A stretch of 60,440 nt of DNA, counting the filler, from Dugesia japonica (Eukaryota): assembly GCA_001938525.1 (NCBI GenBank). It is 5 parts of 5 records of this genome, joined end to end, with 100 filler letters (N's around TTAATTAATTAA, not from the genome) between each part and the next. Parts side by side here need not be neighbours in the genome. Positions count along the whole stretch, not along the records: positions 46,652 to 60,440 come from MQRL01395225.1; 4 more parts are not named here. One strand, given 5' to 3'. Positions 49,614 through 60,440 of this stretch are shown here, one piece after another. The notes below the pieces were generated by a model. The model had not been told where the DNA came from and searched no databases. It worked only from the letters and a program-made list of their open reading frames with translations. Every line of letters starts with the position of its first letter. The first letter of the stretch is position 1. Made by a program: the position numbers and the translations under genes.

Positions 49614-52600
49614 TTAGCATACTAATCTTTTATTTATTAATTCTAATCTGGAATGCCACGTTTGATGTTTTTCACAATAATATTTATTTCCATGTGGCCA
49701 TCCTCTAATTCCATTATCCTCCAATATTAATTTATCACTATAAGCATTTAATCCAATTTTATTTTGTTGTATTAATTCTATTTCATGGAAATCAGATTTT
49801 AATGAATAATTTGTTCCATAAAATGTTTTCTCTGGATTTTTTAATACTTCATCATAATCTTTCATTAAAAATTTATTTGAACTTTGTACTCCTTTATTTT
49901 TTGATGAAAATTTAATCTGGTTGGTTTCTCCTTGGTGAATATAATTATATCCATAATTTTTAGGTCTTATAAAATTTCCTTGAATTATTTCTACATCTGG
50001 TAATTCATCCTTCATTTGAAAAAGTTCGTTTCCAAGTAAAGTTTTTAATTTTTCTAAATTATTTTTCCCTTTTACCTCTATAAACATACTGTCCGTATCT
50101 GTATAAAGTAATTTGTAATTATTTAACCCGATTAATGGATCTAATTGTCTATATACAAAATCATACAAAACATATTTTGCATGTTCTAAAATTGTAAAAC
50201 CTATATAAGGAAATTTGTTGTAATATAATCCCGATTTCATCATATGCATTGCTGCTACAGTTGCTTCACAATCATCATTTCTTGAAAATATTTTACTAGA
50301 TTTAAATGTTAGTTTCGATGCGAATTTCTGGTAATCCCTATCAGAGTCCACGATTTCGACATCGCATCTATTTCTAATATTTTCTAAAGTTTTTCCATAA
50401 TAAGCATTTAACATTAATTTGAAAATGTGATCGCCAGATGCATCATGGTTTGCTTTGGCTTCTCTTCTCAAGGCTATTAACTTATAAACATATTCTCTAA
50501 ACCAAGGATTTACTTTCATTTTAAACTTTTTATGAATCTTTGTTATTTTCATTCCTATTTCAAGATATAAATCTAATGTTGATCCTAGAGTTACATAATT
50601 CTTTTTATCGAATTGATTTAATATTAATTTCACATTTTCTTTTCCTAATTTCCTATTAAAACTTTTTTGATAATTACTCAGGTGTTCTTCTTGAATATTT
50701 AATCTTTCTGGGCATAATGGAAAGTATCTAGTTTTCTCATGAATTTCAACTGGATACTCAAGATCGACTTCATAAATATAGTTAGTTGTGTCTGTGGCTT
50801 TTTCATAAGTGAGGGACCCATTCGGGTCCTCTATCTCAATAATATCACCTGTAGGCAATGGTAAGGTCATACAGCTGGCGTATAAAGAATTTTCATCAAT
50901 GTATTTAATAAAAGTTTCTTCCATTAAATCATCAAGAACTTCATCTGGAATAAATTCATTTTCATTCATCAATTTTATTAAATCTTCATATTGGGCTTTA
51001 TTTAATTGTTTAATATGTTTATCTTTATNNNNNNNNNNNNNNNNNNNNNNNNNNNNNNNNNNNNNNNNNNNNNNNNNNNNNNNNNNNNNNNNNNNNNNNN
51101 NNNNNNNNNNNNNNNNNNNNNNNNNNNNNNNNNNNNNNNNNNNNNNNNNNNNNNNNNNNNNNNNNNNNNNNNNNNNNNNNNNNNNNGAATAACATGGATC
51201 CAATTTAAAGATGCCGGACATGCATTTGTTTCTAAAATCTTCAATAAAATCTGCTAATATTAATACATCAAGCTTCATATAATGGAGCATGTATTCCCAC
51301 ATGTTATTAAATTTAAAATATTCTTTTAAGAAAATTTTATAATCTTGAAAACTTATATTCTTTTGTTTTAAAGTATTAAAGAATATTTCTATTTCTGGTA
51401 ATTCATCAGTTTTTAATAATTCTTCAACTTCATTGATATTTTTCCCTTTTACATATTCATAGGGAAATATTGCTTTTTTAGGTTTTAGATTATGAGCTCT
51501 TAAGATTGGATAATTGGTTGATTGTGTTAATAATTCCCCCATTTTTTCTACTGGTGTGAATGGAATTAATCTATTGGAATCAAGAAATCGAATATCACCA
51601 TAATGGAATGAAATGTAATTTTCTGAATTGTGGGGAATTATTTTTGTGACTTTTCCTGGAGAATTTGTCAATAATTCTGTGAAAAATAAATGAGAATCAT
51701 AACCTGATAAATTATGGAAATAAAATGGAATGAATAAATTTTTAACTGAAAGATCATTAACATTACATTCTCTACATGCCCATCCTCGAAATCTTCCATT
51801 AAAATGATTATCATCAATTACTGGATCTTTAATTTTTTTATCACAATAATAACATTTCATGGTTTCGTTGAACCTTGGATGGTTTGTTCCCCAATATTCT
51901 TTTATTAATTTATTTTCTTTAATATCATTTATTTTTTCGTTCATCTCATCTAAAAACTTAAACATTTGTTTATGAGTATCTTCCCCTGAGAATTCATAGT
52001 ATTGACTTTTCATTAACAGTGGATATGATGATTTAACATAAATTCCTAAAGCTAAAGTTTTTTGTTTATTGGTTTCAGTGTTGGTATAACTTTCGAAATC
52101 TCCACAAATGAAAAATGGCGCTTTATTTTTTTGATAATATTTTTTGAAAGTGTAATAATCTTCTTTTGGAAATTTAATATTATTAGGTTTGTGATGAATA
52201 CAAAGTTCTTGGTGTTTCATTAAAACTTCTTCACTCGAGTAACAATTCATGCATCTCACACATAAATGATTTCTATTACCATTTGTTGAGAAGAATACAT
52301 TAAGATTTCTACATAAAATATAATGAGATTCGGCATATAATAATAAATTACATTTCTTTTCATTTGGATTTGGTTTTGCATTATAGTGGGAAATGTGTAA
52401 TGGATCAAGTTCTTTACTATTGTTTACTGAAAATACATTTATTTCCCAATTATTTATTTCTTCAAATTTTTTCACATCACAAATATTCATTGGTAAAGCA
52501 AATTCTTCATAATTTAATTCATTTAAATATTGAATATAATTATTTACTCTTGTTGCATGATCCATTACATATTTATGTGCTAGAATTGAATATAGGAAAC

Positions 52601-53465
52601 ATTTATTATCACGATTTTCAATATTAATTACTCCTGGTTTTGTAAATGGTAATTTTTTATATGTAGCTCCAGCTAAAGATTTATATTGATGCAATTCAAT
52701 TTTATATTGAATAATGTTAATAAATGCCCATCCAGATCCTTCTTTATTAGAGTCTTGGATATAATTTTCTAATTCTGTAAAAATGTGAATTGCTGAAGTT
52801 GGTATCTCACTTTGCATAATAATTTTATTATTATTGGAATATGAATCAAATTCTTTTATAACTAATTTATTATTTTCCATTTTACTATATCTTCCTTTTG
52901 CTTTTATATTAACAATTATTTTTTTAGCGTACTTAAAATACTTGTTAATAATTTCTTCGGCTTCATCTTTAAATATTTTAATATCTTGAATTGGTTGATT
53001 AAATTGTTCTTCAACTTTTTTTAGCATTTCAACTTTACTTTCTTTAAAATATTTTATTTGAAAATTTTTATACATTTCAAAAGTTCCTCGAATTTCTAAA
53101 GGATAAATAACTGCATCATCTTCTGGTAATTCATTGAAAGTATTTCCATTAAATTTTTTATTATGTTTTGAAGAATTATAATGTGCTTTTGCATGAGCTT
53201 GATATCTAAATTTTTTATCACAAATTTCACAATATAAAGGAACAGTTGCCGCATCACCACAATTAGTTACATTTAAATGATTTTGTAATCCGGTTTGTGT
53301 ATTGAAAGATTTATTACACCCTGGTTTTGGACACTTAATTTTTGTTCTTATTAATGTTGATGTTGTAGGGTTGATACAAATTTTTGAATTAATATGGCCT
53401 GAAAGACCTGCTTTATTTTTAAATGTTTTATTACAGTGGTTACATTTGTAGGCTTGGGTACTCAT
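49614..53465 (-). CDS. Protein-primed family B DNA polymerase polyprotein (Polinton/adintovirus type)
   Basis: ExoI GDFES, ExoII FHNLSGYD, FPYEY, ExoIII YMKLDV, YIDENSLY, KLMLNAYYGK, YTDTDS, KNYGY; N-terminal zinc fingers; no stops in 1283 codons (one N gap). Confidence 0.97.
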   Translation of the reverse strand: MSTQAYKCNHCNKTFKNKAGLSGHINSKICINPTTSTLIRTKIKCPKPGCNKSFNTQTGLQNHLNVTNCGDAATVPLYCEICDKKFRYQAHAKAHYNSSKHNKKFNGNTFNELPEDDAVIYPLEIRGTFEMYKNFQIKYFKESKVEMLKKVEEQFNQPIQDIKIFKDEAEEIINKYFKYAKKIIVNIKAKGRYSKMENNKLVIKEFDSYSNNNKIIMQSEIPTSAIHIFTELENYIQDSNKEGSGWAFINIIQYKIELHQYKSLAGATYKKLPFTKPGVINIENRDNKCFLYSILAHKYVMDHATRVNNYIQYLNELNYEEFALPMNICDVKKFEEINNWEINVFSVNNSKELDPLHISHYNAKPNPNEKKCNLLLYAESHYILCRNLNVFFSTNGNRNHLCVRCMNCYSSEEVLMKHQELCIHHKPNNIKFPKEDYYTFKKYYQKNKAPFFICGDFESYTNTETNKQKTLALGIYVKSSYPLLMKSQYYEFSGEDTHKQMFKFLDEMNEKINDIKENKLIKEYWGTNHPRFNETMKCYYCDKKIKDPVIDDNHFNGRFRGWACRECNVNDLSVKNLFIPFYFHNLSGYDSHLFFTELLTNSPGKVTKIIPHNSENYISFHYGDIRFLDSNRLIPFTPVEKMGELLTQSTNYPILRAHNLKPKKAIFPYEYVKGKNINEVEELLKTDELPEIEIFFNTLKQKNISFQDYKIFLKEYFKFNNMWEYMLHYMKLDVLILADFIEDFRNKCMSGIFKLDPCYXXXXXXXXXXXXXXXXXXXXXXXXXXXXXXXXXXXXXXXXXXXXXXXXXXXXXXKDKHIKQLNKAQYEDLIKLMNENEFIPDEVLDDLMEETFIKYIDENSLYASCMTLPLPTGDIIEIEDPNGSLTYEKATDTTNYIYEVDLEYPVEIHEKTRYFPLCPERLNIQEEHLSNYQKSFNRKLGKENVKLILNQFDKKNYVTLGSTLDLYLEIGMKITKIHKKFKMKVNPWFREYVYKLIALRREAKANHDASGDHIFKLMLNAYYGKTLENIRNRCDVEIVDSDRDYQKFASKLTFKSSKIFSRNDDCEATVAAMHMMKSGLYYNKFPYIGFTILEHAKYVLYDFVYRQLDPLIGLNNYKLLYTDTDSMFIEVKGKNNLEKLKTLLGNELFQMKDELPDVEIIQGNFIRPKNYGYNYIHQGETNQIKFSSKNKGVQSSNKFLMKDYDEVLKNPEKTFYGTNYSLKSDFHEIELIQQNKIGLNAYSDKLILEDNGIRGWPHGNKYYCEKHQTWHSRLELINKRLVC

Positions 53466-53539
53466 TTTATAGAAGAGTAAATTACATCATACGATTATAT
53501 TTTATTTTTGGGTGATTTTTCCCTATTTTTATTATTTTT

Positions 53540-54150
53540 TTTTATTGATTTTTTTTTATTGATTTTTTACTGATTTTTTATTGATTTTTTATTGATTATT
53601 TTAATATTATAGCTTGAGATTTGAGATTTAAACCTAGAGATTTATGATTTTACACTAAGATTTTAGGGTGAGATTTTTTACAATTATTTGGATTTTATTT
53701 TAGATTTTATTTTGTATTTTATTTGGATTTTATTTATGGATTTTGGTTTTTAATGGTTAATTAGGTTTTAGGTTTTAGGCTTAGGGCTTAGAGCTTAGAG
53801 CTTAGGGTTTTACATCGAATCCCGAATCTGACATTTTACATTTTATACTCGAGATCTTATTTTTATATACTCAAGATCGAATCCCGAATCTGACATTTTA
53901 CATTTTATACTTGAATCCCAAATCTGACATTTTACACTCGAATCCTGAATCTAACATTTTACATTTTACACTTGAATCCCAAATCTGACATTTTACACTC
54001 GAATCTCAAATCCACCATTTTATACTAACATTTTATAGTGAGATCAAGTTTTACATTTTACATTTTACATTTTACATTTTACATTTTACATTTTACATTT
54101 TAGATTTTACATTTTACATTTTACATTTTACATTTTACATTTTACACTCC
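53540..54150. repeat. Composite short-period repeat array upstream of pPolB
   Basis: TTGATTTTT and GGATTTTATT units, YTTAGRG x6, CGAATCY units and (TTTTACA) about x14. Confidence 0.9.
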
Positions 54151-54263
54151 TAACCATCACAGATATTTGGCTTCAACCCATTTTTTAATATTTTAGGTTT
54201 TTTTCTCTAAATTTCTAGGCTTTTCACTTAAATCCTTAACATTTAACATTCCAGGCTATATAT

Positions 54264-54350
54264 AGTATATGTATATTTACTTTTCGAAGTAAGTTTGGCC
54301 TGAGCATCGCGAAGGCTAGGCTTGCTTCGAAAAGTAAATATACATATACT
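54264..54350 (+). repeat. 38-bp inverted repeat with 11-nt structured loop
   Basis: Arms 54264-54301 and 54313-54350: 34 Watson-Crick + 4 G-T pairs. Confidence 0.95.
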
Positions 54351-54628
54351 TATATTATATTAGATTCTTAATATAATTATATATCATCATATATCTAAAA
54401 AGAACTGTATTAATTTAAAATGGATATAAACTATTTTTAAATTCTCAATTAACATAAAATCCTCTTACTTAGAACCGTTAAAAACTCTTAGTTGAACTGT
54501 TAATAATTGTTTTTTGTTTATAGATTCAAATAAAGATAAAAAAAGACCTGAATTCAAAAATATTCTCAAATTTTTTATTAACAGTTAAAATACAAGTAGC
54601 GTAACTTGAGTTTGGTTGAAAATCAATA

Positions 54629-54680
54629 CAGTGGCGTAACTAGAATTTTCAGCCCCCAGGGAAAAGTGTAAAAGTTTCAC
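54629..54680 (+). mobile_element. hAT-type left end
   Basis: CAGTGGCGTAACTAG...GCCCCCAGGG. Confidence 0.5.
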
Positions 54681-54834
54681 CCATTCTCATTCTTTCTTTA
54701 ACATTTTTTTATTCCAACTTTTAAAATTTTTGTTGATATGATGAGATTTAATGAAAAAATGAAAAACCTGAAATAAAATATCAATAATTCTTCAAAAATG
54801 AGANTTTCAATGAAATAAAATTTATCAAATGACT

Positions 54835-56951
54835 ACTTAGGTATATGCTCCATTCACCTCTCGTTAACTCTATTAACTCATGCTTCATTAATTTAATCGC
54901 TCGTTGTTTTTTCGTCAATACAGTTATCTAGAAATTTATTTGTTAAATTAACCTGCTTGCTTCTAATACTTAAGGCCTCAATAACTATGAATTTCGTTTT
55001 CACTGTGAGATCCTCTGAATTTTTGTAATAAATAATCCCCATTAATTCTTTTTATTTGGGAAATTTTGTTGAACAACGTCCTCTAAAAAGTCTTCTTCTA
55101 CAAGCAATTAAAATATCATTGTTCGTCATCATCTTTTGCAATTCATCTGTTTTCTTAATACAAAATCAAATGTTAGACTCTGCTATTCCATTTTCCCGAG
55201 CTACCTTTCGTGAAAATGGAATATCATTATGCGTTTCTGCTGTTATTCGCAAAATGCAAACGTTCTTCGCTTTTCTAACATTAATTCTCCGAGTCTACTA
55301 AATCCTTTCATACTCATTACATACATTCTTGCTCCAGTATCTAATAAACAATCAAACTGTTCACTCTTGATCATCACTGAAATGCTAGTTCTCCCTTGCA
55401 TTTTATCATATGAGATTTCTACATTCTGTTTTTCTTCAATTATTCCTATCACTTCTGCTTTATTAGCTTCCGTATCATTAAAAATTCCTCTTTTTAGGAA
55501 TCTGTAAACATTTTCTCTCACTTTACTCGTCTCATCCAATTTCTTGGCCTCTTGAGGATATTCAAACGCTAACTCGTTTAATGAATGGCTTCGATCAACT
55601 CCTCTACTAACGGAACCCGGCCTTTGGGTATTCCCTTCTTGGATCATCATTTTCTATTATGCTCCCCAAAAATATCTCGTCACTCTCATCATCATCCTCT
55701 TCTCAAATGGCATGGATTTGTTTGGTCCGATTCCAATCTTTTGTTTATTGCCCGCTTTTAGAATTGTATCTTCTCTCTTATAGTCTTGGTTTATTAATCT
55801 CCGAATAACATTCTTCCGCTCTGTGACTTGGTCTTTGACATCTAACGCATACAATTTCTGTGCACATCCTTCTGATATGATCAATCTTACCACACCCAAA
55901 ACATATTGGTGGTTTCTTGTCTGGAAAATTTCTACTTATATGCCTTTTTATATGATAAGTCCAACATTCCACTTGTGAATTTTTTGGACACTCTTTTTGT
56001 ATGCCCATAACTCTGACATGTCCAACACCGTTGTTCGGTTCGTTTTTTAACTTTCTCGATACTTTCTCTCCTCTCTCCGGAACGTTCTCCACGTATTACA
56101 CCTGCGTAACTTTTTACTACCTTAATATGTTCTCTTCTTTCTATTTTTTCAATCAATGATAGCGTTTCTTTTATATCTTCTACTTTCTTCAATTTTTGCA
56201 TGATTATCTCTTCTTCTGCTTTTTTACTATCTGCACAAATTATTAGTGTTAGTTTTATTTGTTTTCTTCTTTATTTAAATCAACTAAAACAAGAATTTTA
56301 ATTCAATACTTTATTTCAATTCCAATTAATTCTTCTTTGAAATTCTTCTTTCTTTTTGAACGCTTCTTTCAAAATTTTTAATTATTATTTTTAATTATTA
56401 AAATATTTTACTAATTATTTACATTAAAAAATTTAAACTAATAACATTGCATTAAATTTTAAAATATTTGCAAATTTTTAAAATTACCTAACAATTAGCA
56501 TTTTTGACAAGAGTTTTTCTTTCGTCAGCTCTCCATTTGCTAAAAATTTATCGACCAAGTCTTCCACATTTTTAAAGAACACCTCAAATTTTCCCCCACA
56601 ACGACAATAGCTTACAAGATTCTGTAAATCTTCTATTACGTCTCTATTGCTCTCAAAAGCTAATCGCAATGTCTCTCGATATCCGTCCGCTTTCTTCAAT
56701 GTTTTCACATATAGTTCCATTAAATCTTCATGAAGTATACATTTTACCCAACGTTCCTGATCCTTCTTAACAACTATGTTCTTCACCTCGAAGTATATTT
56801 TACACCATTTAATAAACGTTTCTAGATCATTACCTCTGCAAAATATTTTTGGCAACAATCTTTCTGGGATTACATCGGTGTTTACCGCTGCCACCATGTT
56901 AGATGAGTTTTGAGAACTCATCGGATTGTTAACATCAGCACTCGAATTCAT
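54835..56951 (-). mobile_element. Decayed Gypsy gag-protease, related to the 34718-37402 family
   Basis: LLPKIFCRGNDLETFI; CCHC knuckles (CFGCGKIDHIRRMC, CVRCQRPSHRAEEC); LLDTGARM. Confidence 0.92.
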
Positions 56952-57239
56952 TACGAGATTTATTAAAACAAAGCTATAAACATAAATTTTTTTTACAAAC
57001 AAATTTAAAAATTCATATTTCAAAAACGGAAAATACTAATTTTTTAAATTATTAAATATTATTAATATCTAATTTTAAAACACTATAATAAACATATTTC
57101 ATTCATTTAATTTTGTTTAAATTTATTTAAAAATCTTTAAATTTTAGTAATTTATTTTATAAATTATAAATTATTTAAATTCCGCTTTAAAAATACAAAA
57201 AATTTAAATCTGTTTTTAAAAAAACTATCTTATAAAGCT

Positions 57240-58026
57240 ATTGGTTATCATAAAGAAGATGACAAGAGAAAGTGTTGGATTAAAACGTCTTCCAAACTAA
57301 CAGTCTGCGGTGCACTTAATTTGGATTTCTTTGACCAACAAAAATATTTTTTTTCCGGGAGTCAATGTAACAATTAAATTGACGAGAAATGTAGATTCGG
57401 TAATTGGCAAATATACTAACAACGCTAAAGAAACAGTTGAGATGAATTTCCAACCGTTCATTATAGAAGCAAAATTAGTAGTGAGACGTGTTCGTGTTGA
57501 TCTGTTGGTTATGATTGGAATGATTGGTCAAGAATTGGAACATCAAAATGCAATTTTCAGAAAACAAAAATTGTACATTTTACAATACCAAAATATTTGC
57601 ATGGAGAATATAAAGATTATCTCTTTTCCGATGAACGATTAACAAAATTTGTTTTTATTGATTTCCAATCATCAAAATAAGCAAGTGGTGATTACGGTTT
57701 ATTTTGTTCGACATTCTCAAATTTCATGTGTAAAGTCAAAATGCTTGGCAAGAAACGTTGATTATCGAGAAACATATACTACCGACTTTGATACTGATTA
57801 TACTGAGGCATATGTGCAATCGATTATTCGTAACATGGGTCTGTTAGATGTTGATCGAAACAACGGTATTACAATGAACGAATTTAAAGATTCGTATACG
57901 TTTTTCACCTTTGTATTGGCTCCCGACTTTGTTGTTAATTCAAGTCATCGAATTGTTAATTATAATTCAAATAATGAACAATCTTTACCAGAAAATATTT
58001 CCTGTCCACATAATCGTGGATTTTAA
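57240..58026 (+). pseudogene. Polinton major capsid protein (double jelly-roll) remnant
   Basis: PGVNVTIKLTRN, EAKLVVRRV and Y...I...G...NNGIT..EF...YTFFTFVLAPD; frameshifted. Confidence 0.8.
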
Positions 58027-58124
58027 TGTGCTTATAAAAATGTTTAAAACTGTGTGTACACTACTTGTTATCATGTAAATAAAGATTTTGTATTTTGTTT
58101 TATTGGTTAATATTAGTATTAATA

Positions 58125-58597
58125 ATTATAATGACGCGCATCATTTTCAAGTCAAATAATGTGTGACGCTCATATTTTATTAATTTAATGTATGATAACA
58201 ATTTCCGAAAGTGATGCTCATGGTTCATTAATTTTATTATATGTATCAATAGTCTGACATTTTGATTAATATAATTCATTATCTATATGTTGAAAAATCA
58301 ATTAAATTATGTAAGATAAATTAATTTTTGTGTAATGATAAAGTGATGCTCACCCTTCATTAATCTAATGTTTTATAATAGTTTCCATAAGTGACTCTCA
58401 TGGTTAAGATATTAATTATCTTAATAAACACTTTCAGATGTGGCGTTTGCGTTTCATTAATTTAATGATATCAACAGTTAGTGACGCTCACGCTTCATTA
58501 ATTCATTGTCAATTAATGTTCGCAGTTAATTAAAAATTTATGATGTCTGAAGTGACCTGTCAATCATCTGGTTTGATAATTGCCTATCCTCCTACCC
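58125..58597. repeat. GTGA(C/T)GCTCA-motif repeats ending in a degenerate Polinton-like terminus
   Basis: About 6 GTGAYGCTCA..TTCATTAA-like units; CCTATCCTCCTAC at ~58583-58595. Confidence 0.5.
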
Positions 58598-58775
58598 ATA
58601 TGAAATGTATTTTATGTATCTATAAATATTTGAATATCTTTAAGCCACGGTTATTTTTTAAAAATTAACTTTCATTAAAATATTAATGAGTTAATTTTTT
58701 GAATATTCTTTATTAACTTATTAAAATAACCAAAACAATTTGGAATTAACTAAATATTTCGAGAGAGTTGCAATA

Positions 58776-58825
<50 letters not shown>

Positions 58826-58827
<2 letters not shown>

Positions 58828-59560
58828 GGGTGTTTCAAAAAAAACAGTGCTTTTTTACAAAATCTAAAATATTCAAAATATCCAACAAAACAATAAATAT
58901 ATATATTTTTACAAACAAAAGGAGTTAGATTAATCTCCATGCTTCTTAATTACTTCATGAAAGTGATTTTTTTAGGTGTTCAACCTCTGTAGACAGTTTC
59001 AATTTTTTCAGTTTTATTTTCATAAAATTAGCCAGATATAGAATTAATATTCGGAAATCGGATCTTTCTCCTCTTAAATTCCATATTTCTGAACACAAAT
59101 CTATTCAATAAATTCATATCTGGAGAGTAAGGTGGTTAAAGAGTAAGCCTTAGAATTTTAATTCCATGTTCTTGACAGGAGACCTGTGTCATGACAGCCA
59201 CATAGGGGCGAGCATTGTCATGCATGAGTTCTAAATGTCCGACTCTTTTCATATCCAAGATCGTTTGAAGGAAATCTACATAACGTTCAACATTAATATA
59301 TTTTTAACTCTCTAAAATTTGCAGGCAACGATTATATGAAATTTCATGTCTGATATTGTTCTACTGGCAATTGTTGGCTGGTCATCAACTGCCGCCACCC
59401 AGTATAAATCATGCTGTCGAGAAGGTAAAGGAATACTATTTATCCAGTTTTCGTAAAACAACATAGTATGAATGTTCAGATTTCTAAGCAATTTTTGTGC
59501 TAAATCTATTCTTTGAAGAACCTATCTTGCAAGGACGCATTTTAATAACAATATTTCAGT
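58826..59560 (-). mobile_element. Decayed mariner-type transposon 3' half, adjacent to (ATT)n
   Basis: HDNARP and PPYSPDMN motifs; TA|TAGGGTGTTTC terminal repeat. Confidence 0.85.
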
Positions 59561-60376
59561 TACGATTCGGTATACTGAACCAATGCTGAGATTTGTAAGA
59601 GCAGAAACTCCTCTAATATGCATATAGAGTTTTTCTGCTGATTGTTTTTACTTTTAAGAAATTTTTCAAAAGCGCTGTTTTTTTTAAAACACTCTATATA
59701 ACTCGACACTATATCACATTTATTTGAAAAAAAAGAAATATTACAATAAATCATTTGAGCAAAACCTAAACCGCAGATAATAGTAAATTTTTGTAAAGTA
59801 TTTTAAAAATTAACAAATATTTATTTTATTTCTTAAAATATATTTTTAATAACGTCGGCACATAAACTAAATAATTAAAAATTTACTCACTGGTATATTT
59901 ATAATAATTTAATTAAGAGTAATTTGAATTTAAATTTTTATTTCCAAATATTAAATAAAATAAATTTTCTCAAATTTATTTGATTTATAATTTATAATCT
60001 AAAATCGAATTACTTTTTAAAGGCCTTTAATAAATTGTCCAATAAAATTCAATTGAAAATACATAAAATTTATTATAAATACTTTAGCGACTTTTTCGTA
60101 ATAATTGCTGAAATAAAAAGTAAGTTTTTAATTTAGATTTCAGTTTCATATTTTAAAAGTTAGATTTTATTAATATTTTTTAACTAATTAAAAAAAATCT
60201 TAATTAAATTTTCCTGAATTATTTTAAATTCATTATTTATTTCAAAAAATGAAAATGATTGAATGATTGAATCTAAGAATATATTCAATAAATAAATTTT
60301 ATAACTAATTGGTTTATTTCAATAATTTTTTAATAATATTTTTTTGCAATTATTACTATTATTATTATAAAAATTA

Positions 60377-60377
60377 A

Positions 60378-60440
<63 letters not shown>
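60377..60440. repeat. (ATT)n microsatellite
   Basis: Direct inspection. Confidence 0.98.

Noticed and set aside
53760-53810. True telomere or chromosome end
   Set aside because: Short, 7-bp period, mostly variant units, and internal to the contig
57240-58597. Capsid remnant as part of the intact pPolB element
   Set aside because: Heavily frameshifted while the pPolB block is stop-free, and separated by hAT and Gypsy sequence; probably an older element

Overview
This is AT-rich, repeat-dense eukaryotic DNA, probably invertebrate; the TE complement resembles planarian genomes, but that cannot be proven from sequence. It is not one locus. Four artificial 100-bp linkers (44 N + TTAATTAATTAA + 44 N) split it into five independent pieces: 1-13047, 13148-24128, 24229-34617, 34718-46551 and 46652-60440. 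Most of the window is decayed mobile DNA: Ty3/Gypsy retrotransposons, hAT and mariner remnants, MITEs, (AAT)n microsatellites and old Polinton/Maverick pieces (integrase, packaging ATPase, core protein, capsid, AGTAG-type termini). Two things stand out. (1) Three loci carry arrays of short, GC-richer coding cassettes (22495-24024 minus, 39741-41640 plus, 45186-46453 plus). Nearly every cassette begins at a phase-1 3' splice acceptor, most lack their own ATG, and nearly all end in a stop plus AATAAA. This looks like a shared-leader, alternative-last-exon transcription unit making small, mostly coiled-coil proteins, and one cassette family keeps an LC8/dynein-light-chain motif (DKxTQT). (2) A young, compact, intronless Polinton/adintovirus-like block (46652-54350) encodes an open 1283-aa protein-primed PolB, an adenovirus pX-like protein and two other ORFs. 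Its visible end has no AGTAG terminus. Instead it has a 7-bp-periodic array with telomere-like units and a 38-bp strand-specific hairpin.
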